From the NCBI GenBank assembly GCA_963799485.1, contig CAWCXJ010000004.1:64001-128000 (forward strand): a stretch of 64,000 bases of DNA, written 5' to 3'. The notes beneath the pieces were generated by a model. The model worked only from the letters and a program-made list of their open reading frames with translations, made no database searches and had not been told where the DNA came from. Both the position numbers and the translations under genes were made by a program. This document shows, in pieces, positions 53,410-62,800 of this stretch (positions within the stretch are counted from its first letter, which is position 1; every line of letters starts with the position of its first letter). Source of the stretch: an uncultured Trueperaceae bacterium. Its GTDB lineage: Bacteria > Deinococcota > Deinococci > Deinococcales > Trueperaceae.

Positions 53410-54537
53410 TTACAGCGCGAGCACGTCCGGCCTCGTTCTGCCACCTACTTCTACGCTCGGCCAGTCGGGGTCGGTAGTCAGGGTCTCGAGCGTATCCTCC
53501 TGCAACAACACCGTATCCTCGACCTTGAGCCCCGGTAACGACGGATTCCAGGCGTAGGCGCTGCCCTCGACCAGCATCTTTTCGCCTCCCTGTTGCAGCA
53601 GCCAGTCGCGCGTTTCGTAGCCGCACGCACCGCCCTGATGGTGTTTCGTCCATTCGTTTTCAAACCCGGCGGTTTTGTAAGCGCTCTGCATCTCGGAAAA
53701 GAGTTCACGGGTTAAAATGCCGTGCCGAGTGTAGTTAAATAGCGTATTCTCAACTTCTAATAGTTTGGTGTAGGCGTCCCTGACCTCACCCTCGAGCTTG
53801 CCAGCCGCGACGAACCGCGTGAGGTTGGCGTACAACCCATCACGCCGCGCACAGGCGACGACCATCACCCGGTTGTGAAAGATGTTCTGTGCCGGGAGCG
53901 GGTGCTTGTAACGCCGTAAACGTTCGTCGGCGGCAACTAGAATCAGCGCGGACTGCAGCCCGCGTTCGCGCAGCGCGTAGGCGACCTGCGCGGCAATCTC
54001 GTGTTCGCTCACGCCCGGTGTGAGCGTCGTCAGGGTTTGCGTAAAGGCTTGCGCCGCGTCTCGGCCCAGCGCCCGGTAGCGCCCGACTTCGCTTTCTGTA
54101 AGCGGAACGCGCAGAGGCCAGAAGTCCCTGACCGTTACCTTCTCCGTCACGCCGGTCAAAGCCGGTGTATCGGCAAAAACCTTGCCTGTCCCCAAAAGCT
54201 CTTTTAGGAGCACCGTTTTAGCCTCAGGCTCAAACCACGGATAGTAGAGCGCGTCCACACCGGGAGGGAAGGCTTCGCGCTCGAGTCTGTCCCGTTCAAC
54301 TTCCGACATCAGCACCACGACCTGTTGTTGCGTGACGACGGCCTCGGCGACGGGCGGGTCGGTAAACGATACGAGTGCGTCGCCGCCGCATAAAAGCCAC
54401 GCCAGGTTGCCCAATTTGCCCAGATGCACCGCTGAGACGTTGTTCGCCGCCATCATCTTGCGAAGACGCCCCAGTTTTGTCGTCAGTTCGGCCCGGCGTG
54501 CGTCTTCGGGATTGGCGGGTGCAGCAAAGTCAATCAT
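53410..54537 (-). CDS. M24 family (Xaa-Pro-like) peptidase
   Basis: RYKHPLP, ANLTRF, HHQGG..GY, AWNPS..G.KVEDT. Confidence 0.8.
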   Translation of the reverse strand: MIDFAAPANPEDARRAELTTKLGRLRKMMAANNVSAVHLGKLGNLAWLLCGGDALVSFTDPPVAEAVVTQQQVVVLMSEVERDRLEREAFPPGVDALYYPWFEPEAKTVLLKELLGTGKVFADTPALTGVTEKVTVRDFWPLRVPLTESEVGRYRALGRDAAQAFTQTLTTLTPGVSEHEIAAQVAYALRERGLQSALILVAADERLRRYKHPLPAQNIFHNRVMVVACARRDGLYANLTRFVAAGKLEGEVRDAYTKLLEVENTLFNYTRHGILTRELFSEMQSAYKTAGFENEWTKHHQGGACGYETRDWLLQQGGEKMLVEGSAYAWNPSLPGLKVEDTVLLQEDTLETLTTDPDWPSVEVGGRTRPDVLAL

Positions 54538-54552
54538 CTCAAACCTCGGTTT

Positions 54553-55239
54553 CTAGGCGCGCAAGATGTCGCCATCGTCGTCCAGTTGCGGAAAAGGTTG
54601 GCCCAAGGCTGCTAACTCGGCGGCCCTGCGCGGGTGCAAGTAGGTAAATACCCGGCGCTGCCGCTCGAGCTCACTCAGTTGGGGCGTACCGTAAAGGCCG
54701 GCCTCCAACCTCTGCCGCTGCGCTTCGAACAAAACGACTGCCGCTGCCACCGACACATTTAACGACTGCACCATACCCAGCATCGGGATGATGATATGCG
54801 CGTCCGCCAGCTCTGCCGCCTCGCCCGAAACACCGTGCTTTTCGTTGCCGAGCAAGATACAAGTCGGCTTCGTATAGTCCACCTTACGGTAATCGCGGGC
54901 GTGGCCTGAAAAATGTGCAGCCAACAGCTGCACCTCACCGAGTGCAGTCTTAACCTCCGAGAGCGAGGTGTGAACCCGAAGTTCGACCCATTTGTCGGCG
55001 CTCGCGCTTGTTTCGTTGTAGGTCGGCACGCCGCCTGTCGGATTGACCGCGTGGACGACTCCGATACCCACCGCGTCACAGCTTCTTAAAATAGCCGACA
55101 AGTTGTGCGGTTTATGAACATTTTCTGCTAGAACGCTCAGGTCAGGCTGGCGTTTTTCTAGCATTGCTGAAATCTTTTGATACCGTTCTTTCGTCACGCG
55201 CTCCAGCATACGCCGCGCCGGACTGCTCGCGCTTGACAC
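54553..55239 (-). CDS. trmH: tRNA Gm18 2'-O-methyltransferase (alternative start 55209)
   Basis: RQPDL, NVHKPHNLSAILRSCDAVG, LGNEKHG, IPMLGMVQSLNVSVA. Confidence 0.93.
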   Translation of the reverse strand: MSSASSPARRMLERVTKERYQKISAMLEKRQPDLSVLAENVHKPHNLSAILRSCDAVGIGVVHAVNPTGGVPTYNETSASADKWVELRVHTSLSEVKTALGEVQLLAAHFSGHARDYRKVDYTKPTCILLGNEKHGVSGEAAELADAHIIIPMLGMVQSLNVSVAAAVVLFEAQRQRLEAGLYGTPQLSELERQRRVFTYLHPRRAAELAALGQPFPQLDDDGDILRA

Positions 55240-55275
55240 GCAACAAAGCCGCCCGGTATCATCAGCGTTGCACTT

Positions 55276-55363
55276 GCCGAGGTGGCGGAATAGGTAGACG
55301 CGCCAGCTTGAGGGGCTGGTCTCCGTTACGGAGGTAGGGGTTCAAGTCCCCTCCTCGGCACCA
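55276..55363 (+). tRNA. tRNA-Leu (GAG)
   Basis: GCCGAGGTGGCGGAATAGGTAGACGCG, CCAGC-TT-GAG-GG-GCTGG, long variable arm, GTTCAAGTCC, CCA. Confidence 0.95.
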
Positions 55364-55369
55364 ATAAAG

Positions 55370-55401
55370 AGCAGGCCGACCACGAATCGGCCTGCTTTTT
55401 T
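55370..55401 (+). terminator. Intrinsic terminator after tRNA-Leu
   Basis: AGCAGGCCGA...TCGGCCTGCTTTTTT. Confidence 0.85.
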
Positions 55402-55415
55402 GGCAGCTGGCACAG

Positions 55416-55449
55416 CTATAACCCCGCTAGCGGGGTTATAGGGCTTGAC
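55416..55449. repeat. Perfect 26-bp palindrome followed by GGCTTGAC (REP or IS200/IS605 end-like)
   Basis: CTATAACCCCGCTAGCGGGGTTATAG at 55416-55441 is its own reverse complement. Confidence 0.6.
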
Positions 55450-55480
55450 AGCGGTGGTCGGTACAGCTCGAGCCCTCAAC

Positions 55481-56770
55481 TCACGTGTAGATATCGTCAC
55501 GTGACGGCGGCAGCTTCACCCCGCCTGCCGCGTCGGGTTTAGCTAGCAAGCTCTGATGCAAAGCGATGTGACCGTAAGCAAACTGCAGCGCGGCGGCGCT
55601 CAGGTGAAAGCGTCTTAAGCGGGCGAACTCGGTTCCCACTTCGCCTACAATAGCCGACCAGTTCGCCTCGAGGTTGTGCGCCCATAGCCGCAGCGTCTTG
55701 GCGTAGTGCTCGCGGAGGTTTTCTACATCGCGTACTTCAAACCCCGTCTCCTCGGCGCTCTGGAGGCTCTGCCAGAGCGGAACGATGTCACCGTCGGGGA
55801 AGATGTAGCGCTGGGAGAGTTCGCCGGAGATGACCGTGCTAGGGACGTCGTGGGCGCGCGGGCCTTGCGAAATGGCGTGGTTGAGCATGAGCCCGCCCGG
55901 TTTAAGGTGCGTAAAGGCGGTTTTGAAGTAGTCCGGCAGGTTCCCCCGTCCGACGTGTTCAGCCATCCCAACGCTTACGATTTTGTCGAACCCACCTTCT
56001 AAGTCACGGTAGTGGCGCAGCTCGAGCTGAATTTTTCCGTCCAGACCGGCACGCTTTACACGGGCGTGAGCTTCGTCCAACTGCTTTTGCGAGAGCGTAA
56101 TGCCGACGACCTGCACGCCGTAGTTTTGGGCCGCGTAGAGGGCCAGCCCGCCCCAACCACAGCCGATATCGAGGAGCCGTTCGCCCGGCGTGAGGCGCAG
56201 TTTACGGCAGATAAGCTTGAGCTTGGCCGTTTGCGCCTCGCCCAAAGTCTCGTCGCCTTCCGGAAAGTAAGCACATGAGTAGACCAGCCGCTCGTCTAGG
56301 AGCAGTTCGTAAAAACGGTTGGACACGTCGTAGTGGTGCTGCACGGCCTGACGGTCGCGCTCCCGGCTGTGTTTGCGCCCGCGCAGTACCGCCCCGAGCG
56401 GGAGCGCACTGAGTCCCGTATGACGGCGCAACGTCGCCGCGTCCTGCGCCAGCCGTACCCAGTCGAGCGGCGAGAGCCGCAGCCCGAACGTCTCGATAAC
56501 TTCAAAGACGGCCTCGAGGTCACCTTCGATATCGAGATCTCCCCGGATATACGCCTCGCCTGCGGAGAGATCCAGGGGGGGCTCGAGTACCCGCCCCAAC
56601 GTGTCGCTCTCTCTAATGACTAGCGTGGCCCGTGGTGAGTCGGTGCTGCTTGGTAACACCGTTCCGTCCCAGAGGCGCACAGCGAAGGTGCGCTCCGGCG
56701 GCAACAGCGTACCGAGCAACCTCAAGGTCTGCGCCTTAACGTCTTCTTTAACCCCGGTTCTGCCCCACAT
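55481..56770 (-). CDS. cfa: Cyclopropane-fatty-acyl-phospholipid synthase family methyltransferase
   Basis: HHYDVSNRFY, YSCAYF, LLDIGCGWGG, GITLS, SVGMAEHVG, YIFPDG, ENLREHYAKTL. Confidence 0.88.
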   Translation of the reverse strand: MWGRTGVKEDVKAQTLRLLGTLLPPERTFAVRLWDGTVLPSSTDSPRATLVIRESDTLGRVLEPPLDLSAGEAYIRGDLDIEGDLEAVFEVIETFGLRLSPLDWVRLAQDAATLRRHTGLSALPLGAVLRGRKHSRERDRQAVQHHYDVSNRFYELLLDERLVYSCAYFPEGDETLGEAQTAKLKLICRKLRLTPGERLLDIGCGWGGLALYAAQNYGVQVVGITLSQKQLDEAHARVKRAGLDGKIQLELRHYRDLEGGFDKIVSVGMAEHVGRGNLPDYFKTAFTHLKPGGLMLNHAISQGPRAHDVPSTVISGELSQRYIFPDGDIVPLWQSLQSAEETGFEVRDVENLREHYAKTLRLWAHNLEANWSAIVGEVGTEFARLRRFHLSAAALQFAYGHIALHQSLLAKPDAAGGVKLPPSRDDIYT

Positions 56771-56898
56771 CGCTTTGCCCCCCTTACAGACATGCCCCGC
56801 TAAGCGGTGCCCCTATCATGCATCCGGGGGTCGTGAACGTCAAGTTGCGGGGCCAGCAGCTAGAGAGAGTCGGCGCAAACCTTTGACAAGCCTCGGCT

Positions 56899-56993
56899 AG
56901 GTTTGGCCCCTCGTTTAGGCAACAAAACGGGCTACAAATGGATGAAATTGCGCAACTTATCAAAGGTTTGGCCCCTCGTTTAGGTAACAAAAC
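56899..56993. CRISPR. Orphan CRISPR-like mini-array: two 30-bp repeats and one 35-bp spacer
   Basis: AGGTTTGGCCCCTCGTTTAGG(C/T)AACAAAAC at 56899-56928 and 56964-56993 (29/30 identical); no cas genes in the window. Confidence 0.45.
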
Positions 56994-57064
56994 CCGCCTC
57001 AGCCGCTCGCGTCGTTTTTTCCCAAGCTCGAGCCGCGCTACAAAAAAGAGCAAGATAAAGAGCT

Positions 57065-57270
57065 GTCAACTACCCACGACTAGCAGTCGCGGGCTTGTAG
57101 TTGAGGTGCAGCATGTGCCGACCCAGGCCCCATCCCCACCGCACTGGGCAAGTTGATGTTTGCCCGCGCTGCGATACTAACCGCAGCATTTTGATCGGCG
57201 TTAGCGGCATACCCGCACACCTGACAGAGAAAGACGGCTTGCGTTTGGTTACTTCGGGCAACGACGCAAG
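57065..57270 (-). mobile_element. tnpB: IS200/IS605-family remnant: TnpB C-terminus plus right-end hairpin
   Basis: QAVFLCQVCGYAANADQNAA..IAARA.IN.P; end reads CAAGCCCGCGACTGCTAGTCGTGGGTAGTTGAC on the minus strand. Confidence 0.8.
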
Positions 57271-57431
57271 AATGCGCCTCCGACCGAGTGAACCTTTTTG
57301 GTGAAGCAGTGAGGTAGGGGAAAAAGTCGAACCATAAGTCGGCGTGGACACTGGCGTCATGGGGCAAGTCTTTTCAAAAGCTCGGCAGACCCGCTAGAGC
57401 ACGCTTAGCGCGGGAGCACCAAGGAGATGAA

Positions 57432-57459
57432 CCAAGACCAGTTCTCACTTGTCTTGGTA
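57432..57459. terminator. Hairpin downstream of jag
   Basis: ACCAAGAC...GTCTTGGT inverted repeat. Confidence 0.45.
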
Positions 57460-57466
57460 GGACTAC

Positions 57467-58078
57467 TCAGAGCGGTTTGACGACTACCCGGCGGTTTTTC
57501 CCCTCACCCGAAGATTCGCTTTCAACCTCAGGCTCGTCGGCTAAAGCCATGTGAATCACGCGGCGTTCGGCGGCGCTCATGGGCTCGAGTTCAACGGCAA
57601 ACCCTGTTTTACGCGCCCGCGCCGCAGCTTTGAGGGCGACGCCGCGCAGCCGTTCATCGCGGCGCGCCTTGTACCCGCCGACATCGACCGAGACCCGCAC
57701 GTGCGCCGCCTCATCTTTATTGACGACGGCGTTGGTGAGGTATTCCAAGGCCGCCAGCGTTCGGCCTCCCCGCCCGATGATCTTGCCCGAGTCGCCGCCG
57801 TAGATGTCGGCTTGCAGCCCTCCTTCAACCTCACGCACTTCAGCCGCGTAAGCAGGGTCCAAGTTGAGAAGCAAGTTGACCAAAAACGATTCGCAACGTT
57901 CGGCGTACCCTTCGCCGGCGATGAGCGGCGCTGACGCAGTTTCGCTGACGACCTCATCATCCGGTTGAGGTTCGGTAGCCTGGTGCGGTGGCGCAGACGA
58001 TGGTTCGTCCTCACCGGTAGCGATGCCGAGGTCGCTTAAGTATTTATCGAGATCGTTGGTCGTATCGTCTTCAGCCAC
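57467..58078 (-). CDS. jag: Jag/KhpB (KH plus R3H) RNA-binding protein
   Basis: IIGRGGRTLAALEYL, DVGGYK, LEPMSAAERRVIH, SESSGEG. Confidence 0.92.
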   Translation of the reverse strand: MAEDDTTNDLDKYLSDLGIATGEDEPSSAPPHQATEPQPDDEVVSETASAPLIAGEGYAERCESFLVNLLLNLDPAYAAEVREVEGGLQADIYGGDSGKIIGRGGRTLAALEYLTNAVVNKDEAAHVRVSVDVGGYKARRDERLRGVALKAAARARKTGFAVELEPMSAAERRVIHMALADEPEVESESSGEGKNRRVVVKPL

Positions 58079-58086
58079 GGCGCACG

Positions 58087-59766
58087 CTATTTCGCCTTCG
58101 CTTTTTTCGGCTTGGTCTTCGCCTGGGTATTCTTGGTGGCTTTTACTTTTTTCGAGTCGGCTTTGACCGCTGCGGGGGTCGGTACGGGCGTAAGCCCGGT
58201 TGCTGCGACCGGCGTCGGTGAAGAGAATGAACGCTGAATCAAAAATTGCTGAATGACCTGAACGAGCATCGAGGTGATCAGGTAGAGCGTCACGCCTGCC
58301 GGAAACGTAAAGGCGAAAAAGACGAAGACACCGCTGATAAGAAGCTGCTGCTGCAACGTCTGCCGGTTGCCCTTGGATGAAACAAACGCCTGCGCGACCA
58401 TGATGCCGACGTAAATAATCGGTAACAGGTAGATAGGATCGTTGAGGCCCAAGTCGGGAATCCAAAGAAAACCCTCGTTAAACTCGAAGTTGATAAAGAC
58501 GCGCCACAAGATGATAAAGATCGGCATCTGCACCACTGCCGGTAAGCAGCCCCCCGCCGGATTGACGCCCGCCTCTTTATAGAGCGCCATCGTCTCCTGG
58601 GTGAGTTTTTCGCGGTCGTCTTTGTATTTGGTCTGCAGCTCTTTAATCTTGGGTTGGATGTTCTGCATTCCGACCATCGACTTCATCTGGACGTGAATTA
58701 GCGGCCACACCAGCAGGCGGAACAGCAGGGTCAAGAGGATAATCGACAGACCCCACGAACCGACAAAGCCGTGAATCGCCTGCAATACGACGATAATACC
58801 GAGTGACAGGCGGCCCAAGATATTGGGCTTAAACAGGCCGGGGTACTCGAGATACCCCTCTTGCAAAAAGCGCACCATCTCGTTGGGACCTGAGTAGGCT
58901 TGCAGCGCGAGCTTCACAGCCGCGTTTGCGCCCGCCCCGAGCGTTTTACCCAGCGCAATCTGCGTTCCCGACAGGGGTGTGGCTATAAGCGCGTCGCCGC
59001 CCGAACCTTCGGCGTTCGGGTTGGGCCGTAAGACAATAGCCTGCCCCCGGTTTTGGTTGTTGCTCTGCAGCGAGATATAAGCCGGGTTTGTCACCGGTTG
59101 CTGCGGCGGGTTGAGCGTAAACGTCTCACCCTGCCCCACCTTGAGCGTCGGGGTAGCTTGCTGCGCAATTCCCGGGTAGGCGAGCTGTACGAGCGCCGGG
59201 TTTTGGGCGGCAGCGGTTCGCTGCACGTCGAGCGAGACGCTGAGCGAGTTTCTTACGGCGCTGACCAGGACCGTCTTTTCGACCTGCAAACCGTCCACGC
59301 GGTAGCTGAAGGTACCCTCGAGCGCCTCTGCGTCGCCGGAAGTGGTTTCGCGCCAGCTCGAGGTGGCGTTTTTCGGCACCGCGTACGCGCCGTCTACCAG
59401 GAGCGCCCCACCGGGGAGACTCGAGCTTGGTGGAATCAGGTTTTGCCTACCGTCTAGGGCGTAGTTACCGTTGAAATCCTGACCGCGCTGCTGTTTATTG
59501 TAGAGCGCCAAGACTTCGCCGCTCTCGCTAAGCACGTAGTCCAACCCTTTAGACGTGATGAGTTTAAGCGGAGCGTCGCGGTAGCTGCACCAGAACGAAC
59601 CCTCGGCAGCGCCGCCGCTAGCCGGACACAGCTCATCTAAAAGCTCAGGATTGCGAAAGTCGGAAACGCTAAAGTCGCGGATACCAAAAGTTACGCGGGC
59701 GAAAGCTGCCGCCGAAAAGCCCAATAGAAGGCTGAAGGCGACGAGTAAACATGACTTACGGTTCAA
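58087..59766 (-). CDS. yidC: Membrane protein insertase YidC
   Basis: [56 protein letters not shown] before TTG 59766. Confidence 0.94.
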   Translation of the reverse strand: MNRKSCLLVAFSLLLGFSAAAFARVTFGIRDFSVSDFRNPELLDELCPASGGAAEGSFWCSYRDAPLKLITSKGLDYVLSESGEVLALYNKQQRGQDFNGNYALDGRQNLIPPSSSLPGGALLVDGAYAVPKNATSSWRETTSGDAEALEGTFSYRVDGLQVEKTVLVSAVRNSLSVSLDVQRTAAAQNPALVQLAYPGIAQQATPTLKVGQGETFTLNPPQQPVTNPAYISLQSNNQNRGQAIVLRPNPNAEGSGGDALIATPLSGTQIALGKTLGAGANAAVKLALQAYSGPNEMVRFLQEGYLEYPGLFKPNILGRLSLGIIVVLQAIHGFVGSWGLSIILLTLLFRLLVWPLIHVQMKSMVGMQNIQPKIKELQTKYKDDREKLTQETMALYKEAGVNPAGGCLPAVVQMPIFIILWRVFINFEFNEGFLWIPDLGLNDPIYLLPIIYVGIMVAQAFVSSKGNRQTLQQQLLISGVFVFFAFTFPAGVTLYLITSMLVQVIQQFLIQRSFSSPTPVAATGLTPVPTPAAVKADSKKVKATKNTQAKTKPKKAKAK

Positions 59767-60091
59767 GATGCCTCCGAAGGGCTGGGGGAACAGGGTCAAA
59801 GCCGCCCGGATGAAACGGCTGGCATTTTAAGAGGCGCACGGTTGCGAGAAACAGGCCGTAAAAAACGCCGTGAATACGGATAGCCTGAACTGCGTAGTGG
59901 CTGCAGGTAGGGGCGAAGCGGCAGCTCGGCGAGGCTTTGAGCGGCGACAAGAAGCGGCGGTAAAAATAGATAGGAGCCAGCACAATATGTTGCGCCAGGC
60001 TCAACTTTTGTGTTTGTTTTGTAACAGCCGGTTCCATAACGCCTGATTTCGTAGCTGACGTTGCAGCGTGTTTTATGATACCTGACTTCAC
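59756..60091 (-). CDS. yidD: Membrane protein insertion efficiency factor YidD
   Basis: YRRFLSP...[11 protein letters not shown]...[21 protein letters not shown] overlap with the rnpA stop. Confidence 0.92.
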   Translation of the reverse strand: MKSGIIKHAATSATKSGVMEPAVTKQTQKLSLAQHIVLAPIYFYRRFLSPLKASPSCRFAPTCSHYAVQAIRIHGVFYGLFLATVRLLKCQPFHPGGFDPVPPALRRHLEP

Positions 60092-60417
60092 AGCGCGTGG
60101 CCTTTGTGCAGAGCGTGCTCGAGCGCCCCCTTGAGCTGCCAATAGTCCGCAGTAGCGGCTTCGGGTCTGGCAATGACAACGAGTTCAAACGCATAGGCGT
60201 CTTCGCCCGCCAGGATAGCCCTGAGACCTTCTTTGAGGCGGCGGCGTACCCGGTTACGCACGACCGCGTTGCCGACCTTTTTGCTGACGACAATGCCGAC
60301 GTGAATGCCCTCACGTGCCGGACGCCAGCGCAGACTCAGGAGCCGTGCGTACCCGGCTTTACCCCGGCGCAGCCGCCTGAAGGCGCGGTCACCCTTGAGC
60401 GATTGGATGACCGGCAC
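60088..60417 (-). CDS. rnpA: Ribonuclease P protein component
   Basis: [23 protein letters not shown]. Confidence 0.95.
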   Translation of the reverse strand: MPVIQSLKGDRAFRRLRRGKAGYARLLSLRWRPAREGIHVGIVVSKKVGNAVVRNRVRRRLKEGLRAILAGEDAYAFELVVIARPEAATADYWQLKGALEHALHKGHAL

Positions 60418-60421
60418 AGCA

Positions 60422-60565
60422 CTATTCGTCGGAAACGGAGAGTTTGGTACGGCCTTTGGCGCGGCGGCGGCGGATGACGTTGCGGCCCCCGGGGGTCTGC
60501 ATACGGACGCGAAAGCCGTGTGTTTTGGCGCGTTTGCGCTTGTTCGGTTGATATGTGCGTTTCAT
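60422..60565 (-). CDS. rpmH: 50S ribosomal protein L34 (47 aa; not in ORF track)
   Basis: Hand translation [55 protein letters not shown]. Confidence 0.97.
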   Translation of the reverse strand: MKRTYQPNKRKRAKTHGFRVRMQTPGGRNVIRRRRAKGRTKLSVSDE

Positions 60566-60837
60566 GTAGCTCCTTCACAACTTGGGGCGGCACAAGTCGG
60601 CTTTGCCGCACCGTTACAAGACGTAAAAGCATATCACAGATGGCTGCGGCTGTGCTAGCTGCGCCGGCGCGTTTGGCTTAATGCTGCCCTCACCAAACTT
60701 CCGCAAGCTCAAATCAGTCGGACTTGCCCTGCAGCACGCCGATTCTCACTCTTGGCGGCTTGCCGGTACCCGCAGCGCAGCCAGACTAGAGGAACCCCGC
60801 CACCGTAAAACACCCGCCGGTGGTATAGTGCCGCGCT

Positions 60838-61809
60838 ATGGGCCCCGAAGTCAGCCTTATCTTTCCTACTCACAACCGTAAAACTATTTTGCGGACTCTC
60901 CTCGCCCACCTCGGCACGTTGTCCGGCCCTGACCACGAAGGCCCTGACCACGAAGTCATCGTTATCGACGACGCCTCGACCGACGGGACTTCGGAAATGC
61001 TCAGGCTCGAGTTTCCGGCGGTGCGTGTTCTCCGTAACGAGGTGGCGCGCGGCTTCGAGGCGCTCCCCGACGCTATCGCTATGGCGCGCGGCGAGTTCGT
61101 CTTTCAGCTCGACGACGACGCCTATCCTGCCGAAGCAACGCTCCGGCGTGTGGTCGCGCACTTTCGTGAACGGGGGCCGCAGCTAGCGCTCGTCGCGCTG
61201 CCCTTTGTCGAGCCCAAATCCGAGCGGACGAGCTACACACCCTACTTTCCGGCGCTCAGCAAAGGTCAGCGGTACGCGCCGACCCGGGGGTTTCACGCCG
61301 GGGCCGTCGCCTTTCGCCGTGCAGCGGCGCGCCAGATTCCGCCGAGCCCCGCGGGTTACTTTATGTACGAGACGGAGCCGCCGACCGTCATCGAGTACTT
61401 GGCAAAAGGGTGGGAAGCGGACTATCTACCCGGCGCGCCTGTTTATCACCTGTGGGATGCACGCGGGGCCAAGGTCAAAGTGAGGGCCGCCTATCTGCCA
61501 CTCCGTAACGACCTGGTCACGATTCGGCGCTACTACCGGGGCTGGCGCAAGGCCGAAATGCTCGCCGGGCGCTACTTGACGGGCTTAATTCACCTGACGG
61601 CAGCAGGACAACCGGGCGCGCTGCTGCGCGCAGTCAGAGAAGCCGACGCCATGCTGCTCGAGCGCCCCCCCAGACATATTCCCGATCACATTCTAGAGCG
61701 CGTTTACCCCTGCTTCGACGGCCTGACCCTGACCACGTTCTGGTCTGAGACCAATCGGCGGCGGGTTGGCTGGTTTTTGGGCTTTACTCCGATTGACCAG
61801 ACTTGCTAA
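60838..61809 (+). CDS. Glycosyltransferase family 2
   Basis: IFPTHNR, VIDDASTDGT, QLDDDA. Confidence 0.85.
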   Translation: MGPEVSLIFPTHNRKTILRTLLAHLGTLSGPDHEGPDHEVIVIDDASTDGTSEMLRLEFPAVRVLRNEVARGFEALPDAIAMARGEFVFQLDDDAYPAEATLRRVVAHFRERGPQLALVALPFVEPKSERTSYTPYFPALSKGQRYAPTRGFHAGAVAFRRAAARQIPPSPAGYFMYETEPPTVIEYLAKGWEADYLPGAPVYHLWDARGAKVKVRAAYLPLRNDLVTIRRYYRGWRKAEMLAGRYLTGLIHLTAAGQPGALLRAVREADAMLLERPPRHIPDHILERVYPCFDGLTLTTFWSETNRRRVGWFLGFTPIDQTC

Positions 61810-62794
61810 AGAGACCCGCAGCGGTTTTCGCCAACGCGCGTCCGCCGATAAGGGGCCCCACGATAAAGTAAAGATAGTAGCTCAGAGAGCGCCAGACGAT
61901 AACGGTCGTAGAGATCGCCTGCGGCGTGGCGCGCCCCGCTAGCGCAAACAGCAGCGCGCCCTCCACGTAGCCACTTGCGCCCGGCGTCGGGATGGCAAAG
62001 GCGAAAGCGTGAATCAGGGTGCGGATAGCGAGCAGCTCGAGGGGCGCAACGCCGAGCCGTAACGCCGCTGCGACCGCAAGCAAAAGGGAAAAATCGACAA
62101 CCCAGAAGAGTGCGGTGCAGGCGTGCAAGCCGAGGTGGGCGTACCAGGGCGCGTGGGCGAAAGTGCGACTGGCCGTTTCCAGGTTAAACAAGAACCCACG
62201 AACCCGCTCAGCGTAACGGCGCAGTCCCGGAGCCCGGAAAAGCGCGCGTATCGCATAGATCAGGAGCCGCAGCCGAAAGGTGAGCAGCAGGCTCAGCGCC
62301 AGCACGGTCACCGAAAACAGTGCCACGAGCCAGCCGAGCCCCGCAAGCGGCAGCGTCGTCCCGGCGTGAACGAGATAGAGAAACGCCACCGGCACGCTCC
62401 ACGAAAAGAACGCCATATCGAGTACGGTGACGAGTACGCTCGTAATCACCGCGTTTTGCAGCGGTACCTGGTAGCGGGTCAGCAGCCAGGTCAGCCCTAC
62501 CGCGTTGCCGCCCTCGGTAGGGGTTACCACCGACGCGAAGGTACCGACTAAGTGCGACCTGATACCTTGCCATAAAGTTAATGAGGCCCCACTAAAACGC
62601 ACCAGCAGCGCCGTGCGCCACCCCCCGACAAGCCAGCGCAGAACCAGTACGGCGGTGAGCAGGACGAGCTGGGACACGCCGAGGCGCGCAAGCGAGCGCA
62701 GCGTACTGGCGCTAAAGGTCTCGGGCAAGACGAGGTACAGGCTGCCGAGTCCTAGAGCCAGCGACAAAAAGGCTGTTTGGGCAAGTCTACGCAC
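61784..62794 (-). CDS. Lysylphosphatidylglycerol-synthase-TM / flippase-like membrane protein
   Basis: Multi-TM; VVTPTEGG, IPTPGASGYVEG, VWRSLSYY. Confidence 0.78.
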   Translation of the reverse strand: MRRLAQTAFLSLALGLGSLYLVLPETFSASTLRSLARLGVSQLVLLTAVLVLRWLVGGWRTALLVRFSGASLTLWQGIRSHLVGTFASVVTPTEGGNAVGLTWLLTRYQVPLQNAVITSVLVTVLDMAFFSWSVPVAFLYLVHAGTTLPLAGLGWLVALFSVTVLALSLLLTFRLRLLIYAIRALFRAPGLRRYAERVRGFLFNLETASRTFAHAPWYAHLGLHACTALFWVVDFSLLLAVAAALRLGVAPLELLAIRTLIHAFAFAIPTPGASGYVEGALLFALAGRATPQAISTTVIVWRSLSYYLYFIVGPLIGGRALAKTAAGLFSKSGQSE

Positions 62795-62800
62795 GCGGCG

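Noticed and set aside
57080..57367. Intact TnpB/Cas12f nuclease
   Set aside because: Only about 60 C-terminal codons are recognisable; RuvC-I/II and the N-terminal domains are absent.
60566..60837. oriC/dnaA upstream of rpmH
   Set aside because: No dnaA ORF and no cluster of TTATCCACA-like boxes seen.
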